A DNA stretch of 64,000 nucleotides from Catajapyx aquilonaris (GCA_000934665.2 KZ538053.1:1-64000), one strand, 5' to 3'; shown: positions 38,689-53,418, counted from the stretch's first letter. A program made the numbers and translations. The notes: generated from the sequence alone by a model not told the origin.

Positions 38689-41600
38689 ATCACTAAATAA
38701 AAATCATAAATCCTAATGTAATGGTGGGAGTTTAAGAAACGGTTGCAAACAACTTGAGTTTTAAACCGATTGCACAAATTTTAATATTTTAATATGGATA
38801 AGGAATGGAAAAATGAGACACAATCGTGTCTGGTTCAGTGGTTACCAATAAGTTATGTTGCTAATGAGGTACCACAATCATTATTTTAGAGTCACTTCAC
38901 TGGGTATTCTGGGATCATTGTCGTTTTTGACCTACAGATTATAGATTTTTAAAGTTATTTTCATAACCAAAGCTATCTAACAGCTTTTTTTGTGACATGA
39001 ACATGGGAACAAAGTATGATAATTTTGTTATTACATAGATATCGCAATAATAACTACAAAGTCCATAATATCTTAATTTAGGTTCTGTTTTATCAGAATT
39101 ATAATGCAATAATTATTGTATTACAGATTTCAAAAACATATTATACTGTGCATTAGTGATTACAGAATAATCACTCTGTTAATTAATTTTGCAACCAGTA
39201 TACAGATACAGTACATTTTAAATAATGCTACACACGTTATATGTCCAGTTGCGCACATACATCGTACAACTTACGTCATCGGGTTGTCACTGATTCAATT
39301 AAAACCTAAACTAAAACCGACGCAGCTGACCCAAAGTATCATACAGACGACAACGTATGCCTTGCACGCTTGTATCAATATTCCGTGGCATCGTTCACCT
39401 ACCCATAATCAAAGATTGATCACCCTTCAACATTACACATCAGCAGCACTGGGGCCCGAACACACGACATGGGAGTCGAGTTCGAATTACCGCGTGCTTT
39501 TGGGAACAATGGCCTACTCTAAACTCGATCCCTTCACCTAACAGTAATACTGATCCCGAAATAAAATTACGATACGTTTTGGTTACCCGAACAGCAACAG
39601 GACAGGCCGTAATCACTGTTCGAAATAAGCAAATGCCCATCTCGCAGAAATCGAGCCGAAGATTTATTCATTGGCGTCTGGAATGAAATATTACAGCTTG
39701 GGTAACAGCGCCAGTATAGCAACAAAGGTGTGGACATATCCCCAAATGAGGCTTGCCGAAACCAAAGGAAAAACAACGAGGGTTACTACCTCCGCACACT
39801 CTCGCATCCGTCCCAAAACTGGTTTCGTTTATTGACTATTAAGCCTAATGATAACGACCATTGCGATAAACGCCCTATTACCATTACGGTTATCACGCGT
39901 ATCCAGCGCCTCATTTCGCCTGCATATGGACTATTCACCTCCAGGATTGAGTGTTCTCCAACGCCTCTTCAGTGTTACGTGACTGCTCGGATTACGATCA
40001 AAGTATAATTTTAAACTCCTTTTTCGAAAGCCTCAAAATATACTGCAAGGCCGCAATGTTGTTTTTTTGCATAAGTGATTGAGGTAGGCAGTTTAGCAAG
40101 AGATGGCGTCCGTGCGAGAGCTTCACTGCTACCCCCTACCGTTAAATAAGGAAAGGTTCCATCCTAAATCCCTCAGACATTCTTGCCGCATGGTGTTTCG
40201 GCAGGCGACAAAGAGGTAGTCCTATTGTTCGTGATTGCATAGTTGTTTGGAGTGGTCCAATGGCCTTTAAGCAGCAATAATGCACATGAAGCGCCTATGA
40301 CCACCACTATAAGATTCATTAGTGACAAACTCCTACGTAGACTAGTTGTTCTGAACTGTTCTGGCATTAAAGCAAGTAAGGTAATCCTAAATGACAAGCC
40401 GAGGAAGAGGGGGCGAGGACTGACAGGGTGTAAGGCCTCAGGGCAAGCGTTGGTGGCAGTACGTCAACCAGAGGCCGCCGACAACACATCGATCGCAATC
40501 AAGCCCTGGAACTGTCGTCGTCCTCTGCCGCCTGACTGATGACTTTGCCTAATACCAGAACTACCTCGAACAACACCTTACGGAGACCGGAGTAGACTTT
40601 GGCACTCCGGGCAGAGGCAAAGCTTTCATACTCCCTACAGTAATCATAAACTATTCCGTTGTCCCTGTTCCAAACTCAGCAATCACACAACTATCTTGTT
40701 CTATGGCTTACGGCATCCTGGCAAAGCCTGTCCTAAAGCGACTCATTAGGACAAAGATGACGAGCTTGTCGCAGATATCAGTCTCCAGACCATCCAGTGC
40801 AGGGAAGCTTCCCCGTGGCTACCTTGGACCGCTATATTTTAGCCATCAGCGGCGGGGCAGTCAGAAACAACTGTGACTCTAATAGCATGCCTGTCTGCTC
40901 TCACTGTAGTGTTCAGGTGGTTAGGCGTTGGCTTTATCAGCTCTTCATGAGATCCTTTCTTAAACTAGTTAGTTGAATATTATAGTATAAATATGTTTAA
41001 CAGCAGTGGACATTCTTATGTCCAATGGAACTTTTGCACTTTGTTTTGTCCAAAATTAAGTTAAATTGTACTATGTCAAACATTTTTGGATAAAATGGGT
41101 CAGAAGTGGCAACGGCTTCCTATTGTCTCTCAGTTCCCAAATCTATAGCTGCATTTGTATCACTTCTTTTATTGTTGTGGCTTGGAGGCACATAATAGTT
41201 GGTAGGCGCGCGTTAACAGAAACCCTCCAAGGGACACCAAAGCTAGTAAACAATATATTTTCAAAGAGCTGAGAGTTTTGTAAGTTTCGGAGAGAACAAC
41301 CGCATTATATTCCTACAGTTTGCCAACTACGCCTTCACTTATACGGCTGAACCAGCAGTTTTAGTGATACGCAGTAGAGTTAGGAAAGAACCGCAAAGTC
41401 GTGTTTGCATGTGATAATTTTGATCAGAACGAGGCTCGACGAGGCCACTAAGATCATTAGGTTATTTATATTAATATTAGTCAAAATAATGAGTTTGCAC
41501 TAGGATGTTGCGTCACAGCATAAAACCACATATGTATTTAAAACTGATAGTTATAGTCAGCCACATCTGTGAGTTTTATAGCATCATTTTTGGATGGTGA

Positions 41601-44600
41601 ATTGCGGTATAAAACTAAGCTTGAACCCTCATGAGTCCTCTGATGCTTTTTCAAGCAAAAGGAGGTTACAATTACTTTTATTTCAAACCCATCCAATTTT
41701 GTTGTCAAATACCCCAATAACATTAACATTAACATTAACTATCCTCCAACAATAATACGCGACGTAATATAGGCCTACTGAAATAAAAATCCGGCATCAT
41801 ATTAAGTTTTCTTGGCTCTACTCAGAAAAGTAATATTGCTTGCAAACACATCCCAGTTCACATAATTCCATCAAGAAAATTGCACAAGTTTTTGTGCTCC
41901 TCTTCCTATAACTGGGAAGAATGGAATGGGAACAGTCCACAGAGTAGCACAGGGCCAAAGCTATATGGAAACTACACGGCAACATTGAAGTCTAAAGATT
42001 GACACTTTATACTGTACAGTTAAGAGCAATCTCGTTCACTTGTGAGGATTGATTACCACAAAGGTGTAGAAGTTTTGGAAGCGAGAGAACTGTTGAAATG
42101 GAAGGTGCCATAGCTCCGAGGGGGGCCTTGGGATGCTTGATTGGTAAACCTTCCACGTTCCCTGATAAAAAGAAGTGGCGGAACGTTTTTCACTTGAGTA
42201 GAGGATCCCAGTTTATGGAGGGAAAACTGGATTATAGAAAAGCTTTTGTAAAGCGAGAGAACAGATTTCAGGAGGACCCCATGAGAAAAGGCGCTTGGCA
42301 GTTGGTTACGGTACAAAATGATGGTCCCTGGAAGAACGGCAGCAAAAATCTCTCCATCTGGCCCGATGTGAAAGACAAGCGTCATGGTCCTCTGCATGAC
42401 AAATTCACGCCTCCACCATCATTTAAAAGCCGGTCTGCAGTTGACATATACAGTGCAGTACACAAGTTGAATCCCGGCCAGAAAACTCCCAAACAATAAA
42501 ATGTGCCAGTGCCATAAATTTTACGTACCATATACACGTGGGAGCCTGATTTTTTTCCTGTTGTACTCAACTGCACCACACACTAATACCCGTTTATCAT
42601 GAAATCGATTTCCTTGGAAATGCGACTCACAAATCCCAGGACTACCAAAATCTTTTCCTCCACCGCCCGTTGTCGGGACTTTGTATCATAGCTTATGCTA
42701 ATGCCCAGCTAATAAGCAGCGAAAGCCTGCACAGAATACACTCCTCTTGTTGCAACTAAAAGCGCCATAAAATACCCGACAATTCTACCTCCCTTAGAAT
42801 CGATTTCGTGTTCCACGCGCCACATTTATTCACACCCTGTTCCACCCAGCTACAAGATAGGACCTGGCCTCCTTTTTCACCATGAGCTTTTCTTACCCCA
42901 AACTGAATTAGTGGAACAGCGTCGGGCTTGAAAATGCATCAAACGAACCCCCCTCTTCTCTTTACAATTTCAAGTACAAAAGGAAAACTTTGTAACATTT
43001 TTTCGGAGTCACGCAATGTTCAGAAAAAGATGAGTGCCAAATTAATTTCTACATTCAGTTAAAAGACTGGTTTCAAACTCTAGTCAATTTTTCACCTCTA
43101 GCAGTATCACGTCAGTGCCTTTTGCTGTTTCAAAGACTAGTGTCGAGCTACTGGGAGAGGGGGAAAAAAACGTTGGAGTATGAGGATGAAAGACGTCTAA
43201 TCTACCATTTGAATGCAACTCGGATAATTTTCCTCCAAGAGAAAGCACCTCGCTAAGCCCACTTTGGTGCGAAGGTATGGACCCGTGCACGAAATCCAGC
43301 AGCCTGCCATCAAAGCTATCGCGTGTAGTTATCTAGGGGGTTTGTCTCCTGGCAATTGGTTGGGGAGAGTAGACCCTCGGAACGAGGCCGCAGCTAGAAA
43401 ACAAGCACATCTGCCTCCCCACTAGATGATCCGATAAAGCTCCCTGGTCTTGTCTTAAGAGCAGGGAGCTCGACTGGAAATGTCACCTTTTGCCAGCACC
43501 ATTCCTACCAAATGGAAGGATTGGTGCACACATTTAACCACTTTCGAAGGTAATTGTCGAAAAAGAAATTCTACCCATGAAATGATGTGATGCGCGCGCA
43601 TTTCTTCTGACCAATAACGGCTCCCGCTGCTTTCAATTGGTCGGAGCGCATACACTGCGGCCAATTGAAGAGAGCCGTTTGAAAAGTGAAGGCGGGGCAT
43701 GCCTGCATGATTTTTAAAAAATCATTTTAATTTTAAAATAAGACAGGGTTCGAAAGTTTGGTTCAAACCGACCACAGAAAATAACCAAATAGAATTTTAT
43801 GAACGACCTTTGAGTCTTTGATGGTTCATACGTTCCTCCACTCTGAATTCCAGTTGGTTCAAAAAAAATAAATTCCATACAATGCGCGCGCAGTCACTCG
43901 GACCAATCACAATGAAGAATTGGGCGCGTAGTTGAGCATAGAGTTTTGCCACTCCTTTTCGACAGGCCCATGAGAATTCAGTACAAACATATCCTGAGTT
44001 CGCCAAGGCGAGGGACGTTTAGACGACGAATTTCTGACTCGCTGGTATTGATTTTTGTGGGCGTTTTCTGAGGTTGTCAACTGCCTCTGCTTCCTAAAAG
44101 CGTTAATGGCGTTCTGATTTCCTTCCCCCCACTGCTTGAGCCGGGGAAAATGTCTCTCTTCTAGCAAGAACAAGTTCAAGACCGCAACTCTGCCGGTGTG
44201 AGTGACACACGCCTGTCGTGTTCTCACTGGGGTCACAGTCAATATCAAAAAGTTTATATCACGGACTTTCGCAAATATTCTCCGAGGTTTTCTGAGTCTG
44301 TCACACGTGTCATTAACCCTGCAGCTCCATTTTTCAGCGTCTTATACTGTACGGTGATAAAAAGGTTCGTGCTAGAAGGGAGGTTGACATTTCTGTTGCA
44401 ATGACATTCCCGCAAACAAAACGGGGCTCGAGTACACAATGTTGGTACAGAACGCATTGTTTATGCGACTGCCTACTGTATTTCTAGGCCTGTAATTGCA
44501 AGGAACCAATATATGCCTCGCCCTTTTATGTTCCGCCGTCGCCTGCAGCTGAATGGACAACGGCTCAGTTCCTATGCTTTCCCATATTTGAACTATGATA

Positions 44601-44668
44601 CAAGGTTCATATTATGAACACAGGACAAATTGCATACGTATACCCTGATGTTCTATAGCAAGGGTGGC

Positions 44669-44722
<54 letters not shown>
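44669..44722. repeat. (AAT)n microsatellite
   Basis: About 18 units. Confidence 0.98.
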
Positions 44723-44723
<1 letters not shown>

Positions 44724-44775
44724 CTAGGCACCAACTTGCCAAAATTTGGCAAAAAATTAGGCGAAATTGCGAAAG

Positions 44776-44777
<2 letters not shown>

Positions 44778-44827
<50 letters not shown>
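44778..44827. repeat. (GA)n microsatellite
   Basis: About 25 units, directly followed by a CpG-rich stretch. Confidence 0.98.
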
Positions 44828-44828
<1 letters not shown>

Positions 44829-47800
44829 GCGGACCAGGCAGCGACATCCGACGGCGAAGTGCCGAAGTGAGCGAGTCCCCACCCTGGAGGTGGCGCCCCG
44901 CGGCCGGAACGGCGTTTATGGGATCTCCGTGGAAAGGTCGCGGTGGTTTTTTGCGTTTTATAAATTCCCTGGATACTATTTCCAAAAAAAAAAAAAAAGT
45001 TTATTGCAAATATAGAAAACGCGGGCTAAATATTGACACTCCCAATGCTGTAGGCCGGACACAGCGGGAGGAATCGCCATCACAGTAGGGTATTAATAAT
45101 ATTGATGATAATGATGATGACGACGATGATGATGATAATAATAATAATATCATCTCAACATAATGATTGTTATCCATGCATCAAACCCAAAATCCTGCTA
45201 ACTAGCCATTCAGAACCCAATGAGACTCACCCTGTACTGTATAAAGTGAACGTGTATTAGCAGCTTGGCTGCTATATCACAATGCAGTGGGATCGTGGGA
45301 TTGGCGGCCGAAGTTGCGGTCCATCCGAAAGAAGTTGACGTGTATATTGGACTTTCATGTTTTAGTTCAGTTCTGCACACCGACCTCGGACCGGCAGCCT
45401 TATTTAGAGAGCAGATCACGTTGCAATAGGGAGTTGTACGAATAATAAGGGTGTCAGATGTAGTAGGAGAGTAAGCCTCAGTCGACAACTTTGCCACAAG
45501 GCGACCCTTCTTCTTAGCGTTACATTTTAGCTCAGTGCATCTGTCATCCGGAGTAGATGGTAGGTGCTTGAGTTGTACGTCATTCTTCTCTGTCGTGTTC
45601 CGGAATTTATTAAGGTAAGGTCATATTCTTGTCAGTAAAAGTGCAGAAAGTCTCGTTATAAGTATTTCCTGTAATATAATATTAGTATACTGTACACTCC
45701 CTCCAACAATGGGGCGGGGGTATACACCCTACATCAATATAGCCTGAGGATCACAACTAGGAAATGACGTGGGAGGACATTACGGGATACCAGGTGAAGT
45801 TGACAAGATGCTATACGATACACTACAATAAAGAGACACAATCTTGGACACAATATCCTCTTCACCTGACATCCACCTGTGCAAAAAGGAGGACATAAAC
45901 CCGTTTATGTATAAAATCTTACGACCACCAGACATTACTCTCCTTAATCACCAGAGTAGCTGATATTTTGCACAATTTGATCAATGTGGAATTCAAATAT
46001 TGATTACTACATCTATCCCTTTGAATTGGCAGCGAAAAGCTGTTGTAAACAGTATATAAGGGAAGCCTCCCTGGTAATACCTGTAGATGAACAGGGAATA
46101 GACAAATATTCTATTATATTATATTCCTTTGAATTCAAATTGATAGCGCACAAAATCTCATAAGTCAGCCTGGCCATATACAGACCGCCTTATTTCAATA
46201 CGTCCTACTATCTAACCCAAACGCAGTAACATGGCCGGTAAGCGACTCTCAAAAACCTTGAAATGTCATGTCATGCATTTGACACATGGCGCCTCGGAAA
46301 TTATTAGATACAAGATATGAAAACTCTGTGCAATCTCAAAGGCATTATTGCCCTAACAATCCTAACTCATCGTGTGGGTTGGGGTGGGTGGGATTAATAT
46401 ACTGCAGATATAGAGGGTCATAGCTGTGCCTCATAAGCTTGGGTGCACAATATAAACCACAATAATAATCCAAAAGCATTCATTCTAGGTTGCAAGAATG
46501 TGACGTCTACATTACTGTACATGAGTCTAAGATATAGGCTCGCGTTGGCGTTTTACTGCCCAATAATTATTTTTAGATTCGTGTGATAGAAAATAATAGG
46601 CCCACTATAAAGAGACTATCACACATTTCAAGAGCTAATTTGGCTGTAACTTGTAAGTCCTTTATTATAGTGTTTGGTGACGTGCTATCGCTTAACGACA
46701 TAAAAATTGCAGAGAAGCATCTAAAATGTGCCCTTCATAAAGACCAATGCCGAATGTTATCCGAGATCTAAAGTTAGCTTCAAGGCTGACATTTCCTTGA
46801 ATGATTTTTTCCTTTGGCATGAACCAGCCTGATTGCACGAAACCCTCATCATTTTTGTGTGGATTTTGGATAAAAAAGGCGCTTCTAACTGTCAACCGTA
46901 TAATTATGGGGCAATTCAATAATCCCTCTAAAGTCTAAATTGCTGCAACACAGAGTTATTAACAGCTTTTCGATGTTAATAACTACAATTAAGAAAATTC
47001 TTGCGAATAATACTATAAACATAATTTGATAAGATTTTAAGAACTGAAGGTATTAATTTTTGAATTCTAAATGAGTCCTGCTTAAATAAGGTACCGTGAT
47101 GTCTAGACAAGTTCCTCCAATTCTCCTATAAAAAAGTCAATTCTAATGATCATGTTTAATAACGTGGTCGAAAAAAGTCGCAAAAGAGGACATTCTTCAA
47201 GAATATATCCCCCACTTGCTTCAGCATTTCCCACAACTCCCCCAAAAAGTTCCAAAGGCACAGGAGGGCAAATATTCTCAGCATTGTGAAATTCACCTGT
47301 CATTTCTCGGTCAGGCGCACATACCGCTTCAAAGGTGTTGTTAAGAGCGAGCTATACCCATTAGATACTGTCGCCCCGAGCTAGAACCGTCTCTATCTCG
47401 AGCAAATATAGAACCCAACCTCTTTATTGCAGGGGTCCATATTAAATATTGAAAGTTAAAATTAAACCGCCGCCTTTCGATCGATCATGCCGCAATCAAT
47501 ATCCTGTAGCAGCAATGGGCAGAATATACTGCCACAGGGGGGAACCTATAGTCACCTCGTCGTCAAAAACTTTTGCTTGCATTTCAGACTGTTGGCTTTT
47601 GCAATAATTAAAAATCTGTGCCCGACAGAGTCTGTGAGATGCTTGCGATAGAATAGTCCGGGGGTGACATGTTGCAATGGCATAGGAATAGCGGGGAAAA
47701 AAATGGGAAGAAAATATTCGTTGCTGCTCACGTCATAGTTGGAAGTAGGCCTTTTTTATCTTACTAAAGGAATGAAGATGGACTGCCAAAATATTCATGC

Positions 47801-48885
47801 CTGAGAAAATTTCAGAAGGTTTTTTTACGTCCAAAAAGTAGCAATTGGGGCTGTTTCCATTTAAAATAGTTGAAATTATATTTGAGTATGCAACGATAGA
47901 TGCCTGGTGTATACTGTACGCACTATGTGTTTATATCATGAAGCGTGCTCATGGGATTACACTGTAATGTAATACCATGTGCATGCTCTAAATCTGTGAA
48001 CGATGCGATGTTTGTATACACAAGCAAAATGTGATACTATAATCGCAATTTTACCTTCGTTCACCAAATAGCGTGCTGAATATCTAACCACTTATATCTA
48101 TATGTAACAATGAAAATATTTTGTATCCGGATAATAATCCAGATCATTTTAATTTGGAAGGTTGTATAAATAGTCATAAGTGGAAACTCCGAGTGTAAAA
48201 GGTCATGGCTGTTTTCCGCACATTTGCACTCGTAACTGAATACGCGTCATGGAAATGTCACGCATTAAGTATGCCATTTGAAAGCTTCTACCAATATGTA
48301 AAATATTCATCCGCAAATTAAACGAGGGGAAATAGCGAATATTTTGGCAATTAGTTCAGCCGGGCGATTTTTTTCCACTCAACCAGGTGAGTCACTAAGT
48401 GTATAGCATATACCTTATTATCCTTACTGCTATATACTGTACTACATATAACACCATACAATCCTCTTATCAAATATTTGAAGAAAAAAATATGTAACAC
48501 TCTATTAAGTAGCATATCTGAACGAGTTTAAAAGTCAGTAGACTATGTTAAAATATAGTCTACTATTTCTATTACATATTATCTTATAAGTTATTGAGAG
48601 ATTTTCAGATTTCTCTCAAATTATTGTACAGTACAAACCTTTCGTTGTTATATACAGTACTGACATAAAAAAATTGGCAAATCACGTGAGCGTGATTAGA
48701 GTAGACTTTTTCATGTTTATTGTTATTGTCCCCAACGCGTCAGTCACGCGACTGGGAGGGGGGAGGGGGCAGTGGGGGGACTGGGAGGTCAGGGGACAAT
48801 GGGCGGTCAGGGGGAGGGGGGAGGGGGCAGCCAGGGGGAAGTGGCGGATAGAGTGAACCCGGAACCCGAAAATCGAAAAAAGGCT

Positions 48886-48970
48886 CGAAAAAAAGTCTTA
48901 TAGCACGGCTCTGTCTGTCTGATACCTGTCCACGGACAGACAGAGCCGTTCTATAAGACTTTTTTCTTCG
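48886..48970. repeat. Inverted repeat with GTCT units beside a G-rich tract
   Basis: AAAAAAGTCTTATAGCACGGCTCTGTCTGTC versus GACAGACAGAGCCGTTCTATAAGACTTTTTT. Confidence 0.8.
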
Positions 48971-51487
48971 AAAAAGTCTAAAATCAGTTCATTTATTTTC
49001 AGAAGCATAGTATAATTATGGCAAAAAAAATTGTCAACCCAATTGCAGTAATGGGTGACGATTGCCATAATGAGGCACCCTTTTATATCCGGTCGTCAAC
49101 ATCATGCAAAATGTGTCCCATTTGAAGTGTAGTGATGCAAGCTACACCGGAGGTCCAGTTGAGCATCAGTAAAATGTCACTGCATTAGTCAAGGCAAGAC
49201 ATTCAGGTAACAAATTCCCAACAGTACACAAGCTCTCGTCAACATTCTCTGGAACCAAATTAACCTCAGTCCGGCTAGTGGACCATTCAGGGTCGTCACT
49301 CGGCCATATTTGCTCAGCCAGCTTTCTGGATGCTGTATCGTAGTTCACCTCCATTAAGCTCCTCCAATCTCCAAGCACTCTCTATCTCTCAACTTTCTCT
49401 ACACCCAAATTACACCAGCTTGGAATCTTACGGCCTCCACGTCATTGGAAACCCCATGTCGAGTATTTCGCAACGTTTCTAATCTAAAGTGAAGGTAACC
49501 GCAGTGGAGGGCAAGATAAGCGTAGAGTCGGATAAGTGGATCAAATTAAAGTGGCTCTGGATTTATTGTGCCTGTGATGGTGTGGAGTACTGTAACTGTA
49601 CGGTGCCAGAGACAAAAGGGTCACATCATAACCCACTCCATGACCTGTAACGTAGGCCGAATTCCAATCTCTTGCTCTCTCAGCACGCTCAAGACAAGAG
49701 CCAAGAAATGGTGTCTTTGCCCTGCTTACAGTTAATGACGTGGGGGTTGTATGGATTACATGTCTCTCTTGTGGCTCACACCTTAATGTTTTAATAATCA
49801 CAATAGTTATGATGTTTTAACTAACAGGCTACTCTTACTAGAGTATTTAACATGTCTGGTAAACTCGTCGTATTGTCATGTCATTTAAATACAGGGTTCA
49901 ATTCATGGACGGTGTTGAGTATTAAGCGAATTGGTGACTCAAAGGATGGTCACACACATGTTTATGTGACATATGCCATTATTTTAATAGTTTAATATAA
50001 TTTTGAATGTGAGAGGAAACGAAAAAGCTCGGTTAAAAGCGGCAACTTTATTTTGTTCCCAACTCTCCTACTAAAGCTGATTCGTGAATAGAAGCGTTAA
50101 AATGCCATTGTGTAAAGCCGCCTTAAGTGGCTAGAAGCACAGCAGAAAAGCACGTCCAAACTAGTTCGAGGATCGAGCTCGGGACGCCCGAAGTCCGCTT
50201 CGGAACGTAAATCCCGGGAACCATTGTGCTGACTTTATCTGGTAAATGATGGCACAGTGACGAGCAACATATTAGATTGTAACATGAATGGACATCACAA
50301 TACAATATTCATTTTCCCCCGTTGATTAAATGACGACAGAGTTTACAATGCACTGTCATTTAGCAATAACGTTTTGACAGGCAAACTGCGCCACAAAATA
50401 ACGCATATATCGTTTGTCAATAATATAAGACAAATGTACAGCTTGTGGTTGCATATTTCTCACCAATAGCTTTAAAGTTTTATGGAACATTTGTGGATTA
50501 GTTACATAATAGGTTTTATTTATATATAAAAAGTGCCTTCCAGCCCTAAGAATTTACAATCGGAAACATTACGTCGACAAGCGCTGTAGAAAGCAAGGGG
50601 ACCACTGGCACGAAAAGGACTAGGCTAAACTTCCACGTGCAAGGCCATGTTCCCTAGGAGCTAGAGCATTATGAGATGGTCACGCGATGTGCGCTAATAT
50701 AGAAAGCCGAGAGATCGATCCCCCTAGCTGAAGCCTGGCGAAGATTAGTGATGGGGGGTGCGCACCCATGGAAGAAGAGAACGAGGAGAAAAAAAAAAAT
50801 GTCGGGATGAAGAGATGGGCCCCCCCATAGCCTGAAAGTTGTGGGGAGGCAAAGTAGCCTATTCATCGGCAAACACGCCAATGTTACGGGCCAATTTTCT
50901 GAGGCTCCCAAGTGCTTACTTTGCAAGCATTACAATACCGGCAATAAGAACGGCCAAATTAAACCCCCCGAAGCGCGTAAAAAAGTACTGCAATTTCATG
51001 TCCTATTTTTCTGCCATTAACTTTCTGTGAACAGATGCTACTCAGTGTTCTATTTCTGGCACGGTCCTCATAAAATTGCCTGAATATTCTTTTATTGCAC
51101 TGTCTTGTACAATATTATAACCTGCACACACAAGCATGATCGAATGGATTTATTACTTCTATCTGTATATATCATGAGCAAGTTTGATTATAATTATGCA
51201 CGAGCGCAGTGATTCCTCATTCATTATATCTTATGCCTTGACCACAGCCTACCTAATAAATTTCTAGTACGTCGCGTATTGATTGTCATATATCATAGCA
51301 CGGTCGCCAGTCTTTGCTAATACAAAACTTAATAACGTTAAGTACAAAGTTTTTCCGTAACAAGTACACTTATTTATTATATTCCGATTAATTGCATGCT
51401 AAGTAATTATTGAACAGTGTCACGAGTATGGTGTCACATGACGGCGATGTCTAAAAAAAATTACATGCCAAAGTAGGAATGACTTAC

Positions 51488-51674
51488 CGGCAAAATTGGA
51501 GTCGCTGAACAGGGTTCCTGGCTCTGGTGCTGGTTCTGGTGCTTCTGGGGGAGTCTGTCCCGTCGCCGCCGCCTCTTATCATTGTCCGAGGGCGCCTGCG
51601 CTTCGTCCGCCCCTCCGTCGGCATGCGGGTAAGCAGGCAGGCGGGTGCCGACATGTGCTGGGCCGGCAAGCACA
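51488..51674 (-). CDS. Candidate internal exon (187 nt), product unknown
   Basis: GC-rich island in an AT-rich background, bounded by GATTTCAG| and CCG|GTAAGT; two frames stay open, one reading VLAGPAHVGTRLPAYPHADGGADEAQAPSDNDKRRRRRDRLPQKHQNQHQSQEPCSATPILP. Confidence 0.4.
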
Positions 51675-53174
51675 CTGAAATCGTCATCACCCAATAAGGT
51701 CTGGGATGGCTACAAAAATCCAATTTCATAGGGATGTTAGCGGAAAGGAATGCTTTTCCACCGCTCTAATTAGGTACGAAAAAACATCGGGGCTTTATTT
51801 GACGGGGATGATCATCTGTGGGCGTCATCCAGAAATTTTGGCAGTTATGGTGTAGCCCGTCAGAGATGCTGTGTAAAAATGAGAGATGAAAGAGTAATGC
51901 TTGCAGCGTTTGTGCGGCGAGTTTAGTGGGAAACGTGTAGCTATTAAATAATGTGTGAACACTACTTACGACTAAGCTCTACAGCACAATTTGTGTTCTC
52001 TTATTACGATTTCATCACATTTTGTAAGGAGTTGGCTACTCCTTTTTGACATGTACACATTATTAAGATTACTAGTGATTCATAAGGAACATATTCGTGT
52101 AATGTGTAATTACAGGGAATATAAGCCTGATTCAGCAAGGTCGTGAACGTCAAAAATATACCTTCGCAAAAGTTTAAAGTAAGATTAACTTACGAATAAT
52201 GTAAGTGTGACATATTCAAATTGTAATGCATCAAAATGGTAAAACTTTCCTTAGACGTAATTAATTACTGATTCCTTAATAGGTACAGCCTAACCTCTGA
52301 CACCCTACTCCCCACACCCCGCTGTTCCCTGCCTCCCTGCTGTTCATCTATTACGCTACCTTTGTCGCATAGTGACGTCTGAAGCAGTAAGCGAACCCTC
52401 TAATATGAGCCACATTCTCTAACGGTCTAACATGCTTCTGACGTAATACATGGTACTCCTGAGCACTCCTTTGTTCCCTTTTGACTGCTGTTGGGCATAA
52501 ATCAGAGTGTTGGATTACCTTTTTTCTGCTACGGGGCCAACGGCTATCCTATAATTTTGGTCAATAAATGTCGTAAGACATGCCAAAAGCTACACAGCAA
52601 TCTATAATATCAAGTTACACCACGACTATGCAGATAAATTTTGTCCTGCCACTAAGGCCTTCTTAAGCATTTATTAGTAACATACAAAGTCTTTAGCTTG
52701 GAACACGCGGGAAACTACAGTTTATTACATAAATTACTATGTGGAAAGTACTGTAGAATTTCCTGTAATATTACACTATCCTGGGTAAACTAATATTTGA
52801 GAAATAATATTGAATAGATAATTTTGGATTTTCCTAGCCGCACCAGACATTCTCTCTTTGCTCTGGGCAGTCAGTGAAGTACATATCGTAGAATGTTCTT
52901 GCAATTATATGAATTTTCATGCATGAAAGTTTTGAATCAATTGAAACTGTACTCATGGATCTTTTTGTCATAAGGCACCTCACGTCCCTGCTGGGAAGCT
53001 TGCCCGGGCACGTCGATAAAATATACTGTATGAGACTAAACTATGATAAGATGTCGCGGTCTAGAATAGAACCCCGAACCACTCGCTTGGCTGGTAGAGT
53101 CTAAACCACAAGTTCATCATGTTTCCAGTGCTTCCAGTTAGACCTATAATATTATAGGCTACTAATTGGATAAA

Positions 53175-53418
53175 ACGGGTAATAGCCTGTGGCCTTTTAG
53201 AGGATCTTCCTTTAATACTTGATTCTATTGACTTACTGAGCTTCTGCTGGGTTTCGGACTATGGAAGGAAGAGGAAGAACCCCGACTAAAGCCACTCGAA
53301 TACTTAGAGAACCTCTTAAAAGTTGTACCATGCGAAGAAATCCTCTGTTCGACCCGAGGATCGTACTCGGGACCTCTAGAGATGGAAGGTATAACCATTG
53401 AGCTGCCGTGCCACCCGC
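53175..53418 (-). mobile_element. tRNA-derived SINE, diverged, related to 38455-38688
   Basis: Minus strand GGCACGGCAGCTCAATGGTTA (A box) ... GAGTACGATCCTC (B box variant); tail CCTCTAAAAGGCCACAGGCTATTACCCG. Confidence 0.65.

Noticed and set aside
42098..42499. 133-aa ATG-initiated ORF
   Set aside because: No recognisable domain and an overlapping antisense ORF of similar length; not supportable without expression data.
44664..45015. Poly-Asn and (ER)n ORFs
   Set aside because: Translations of the (AAT)n and (GA)n repeats.
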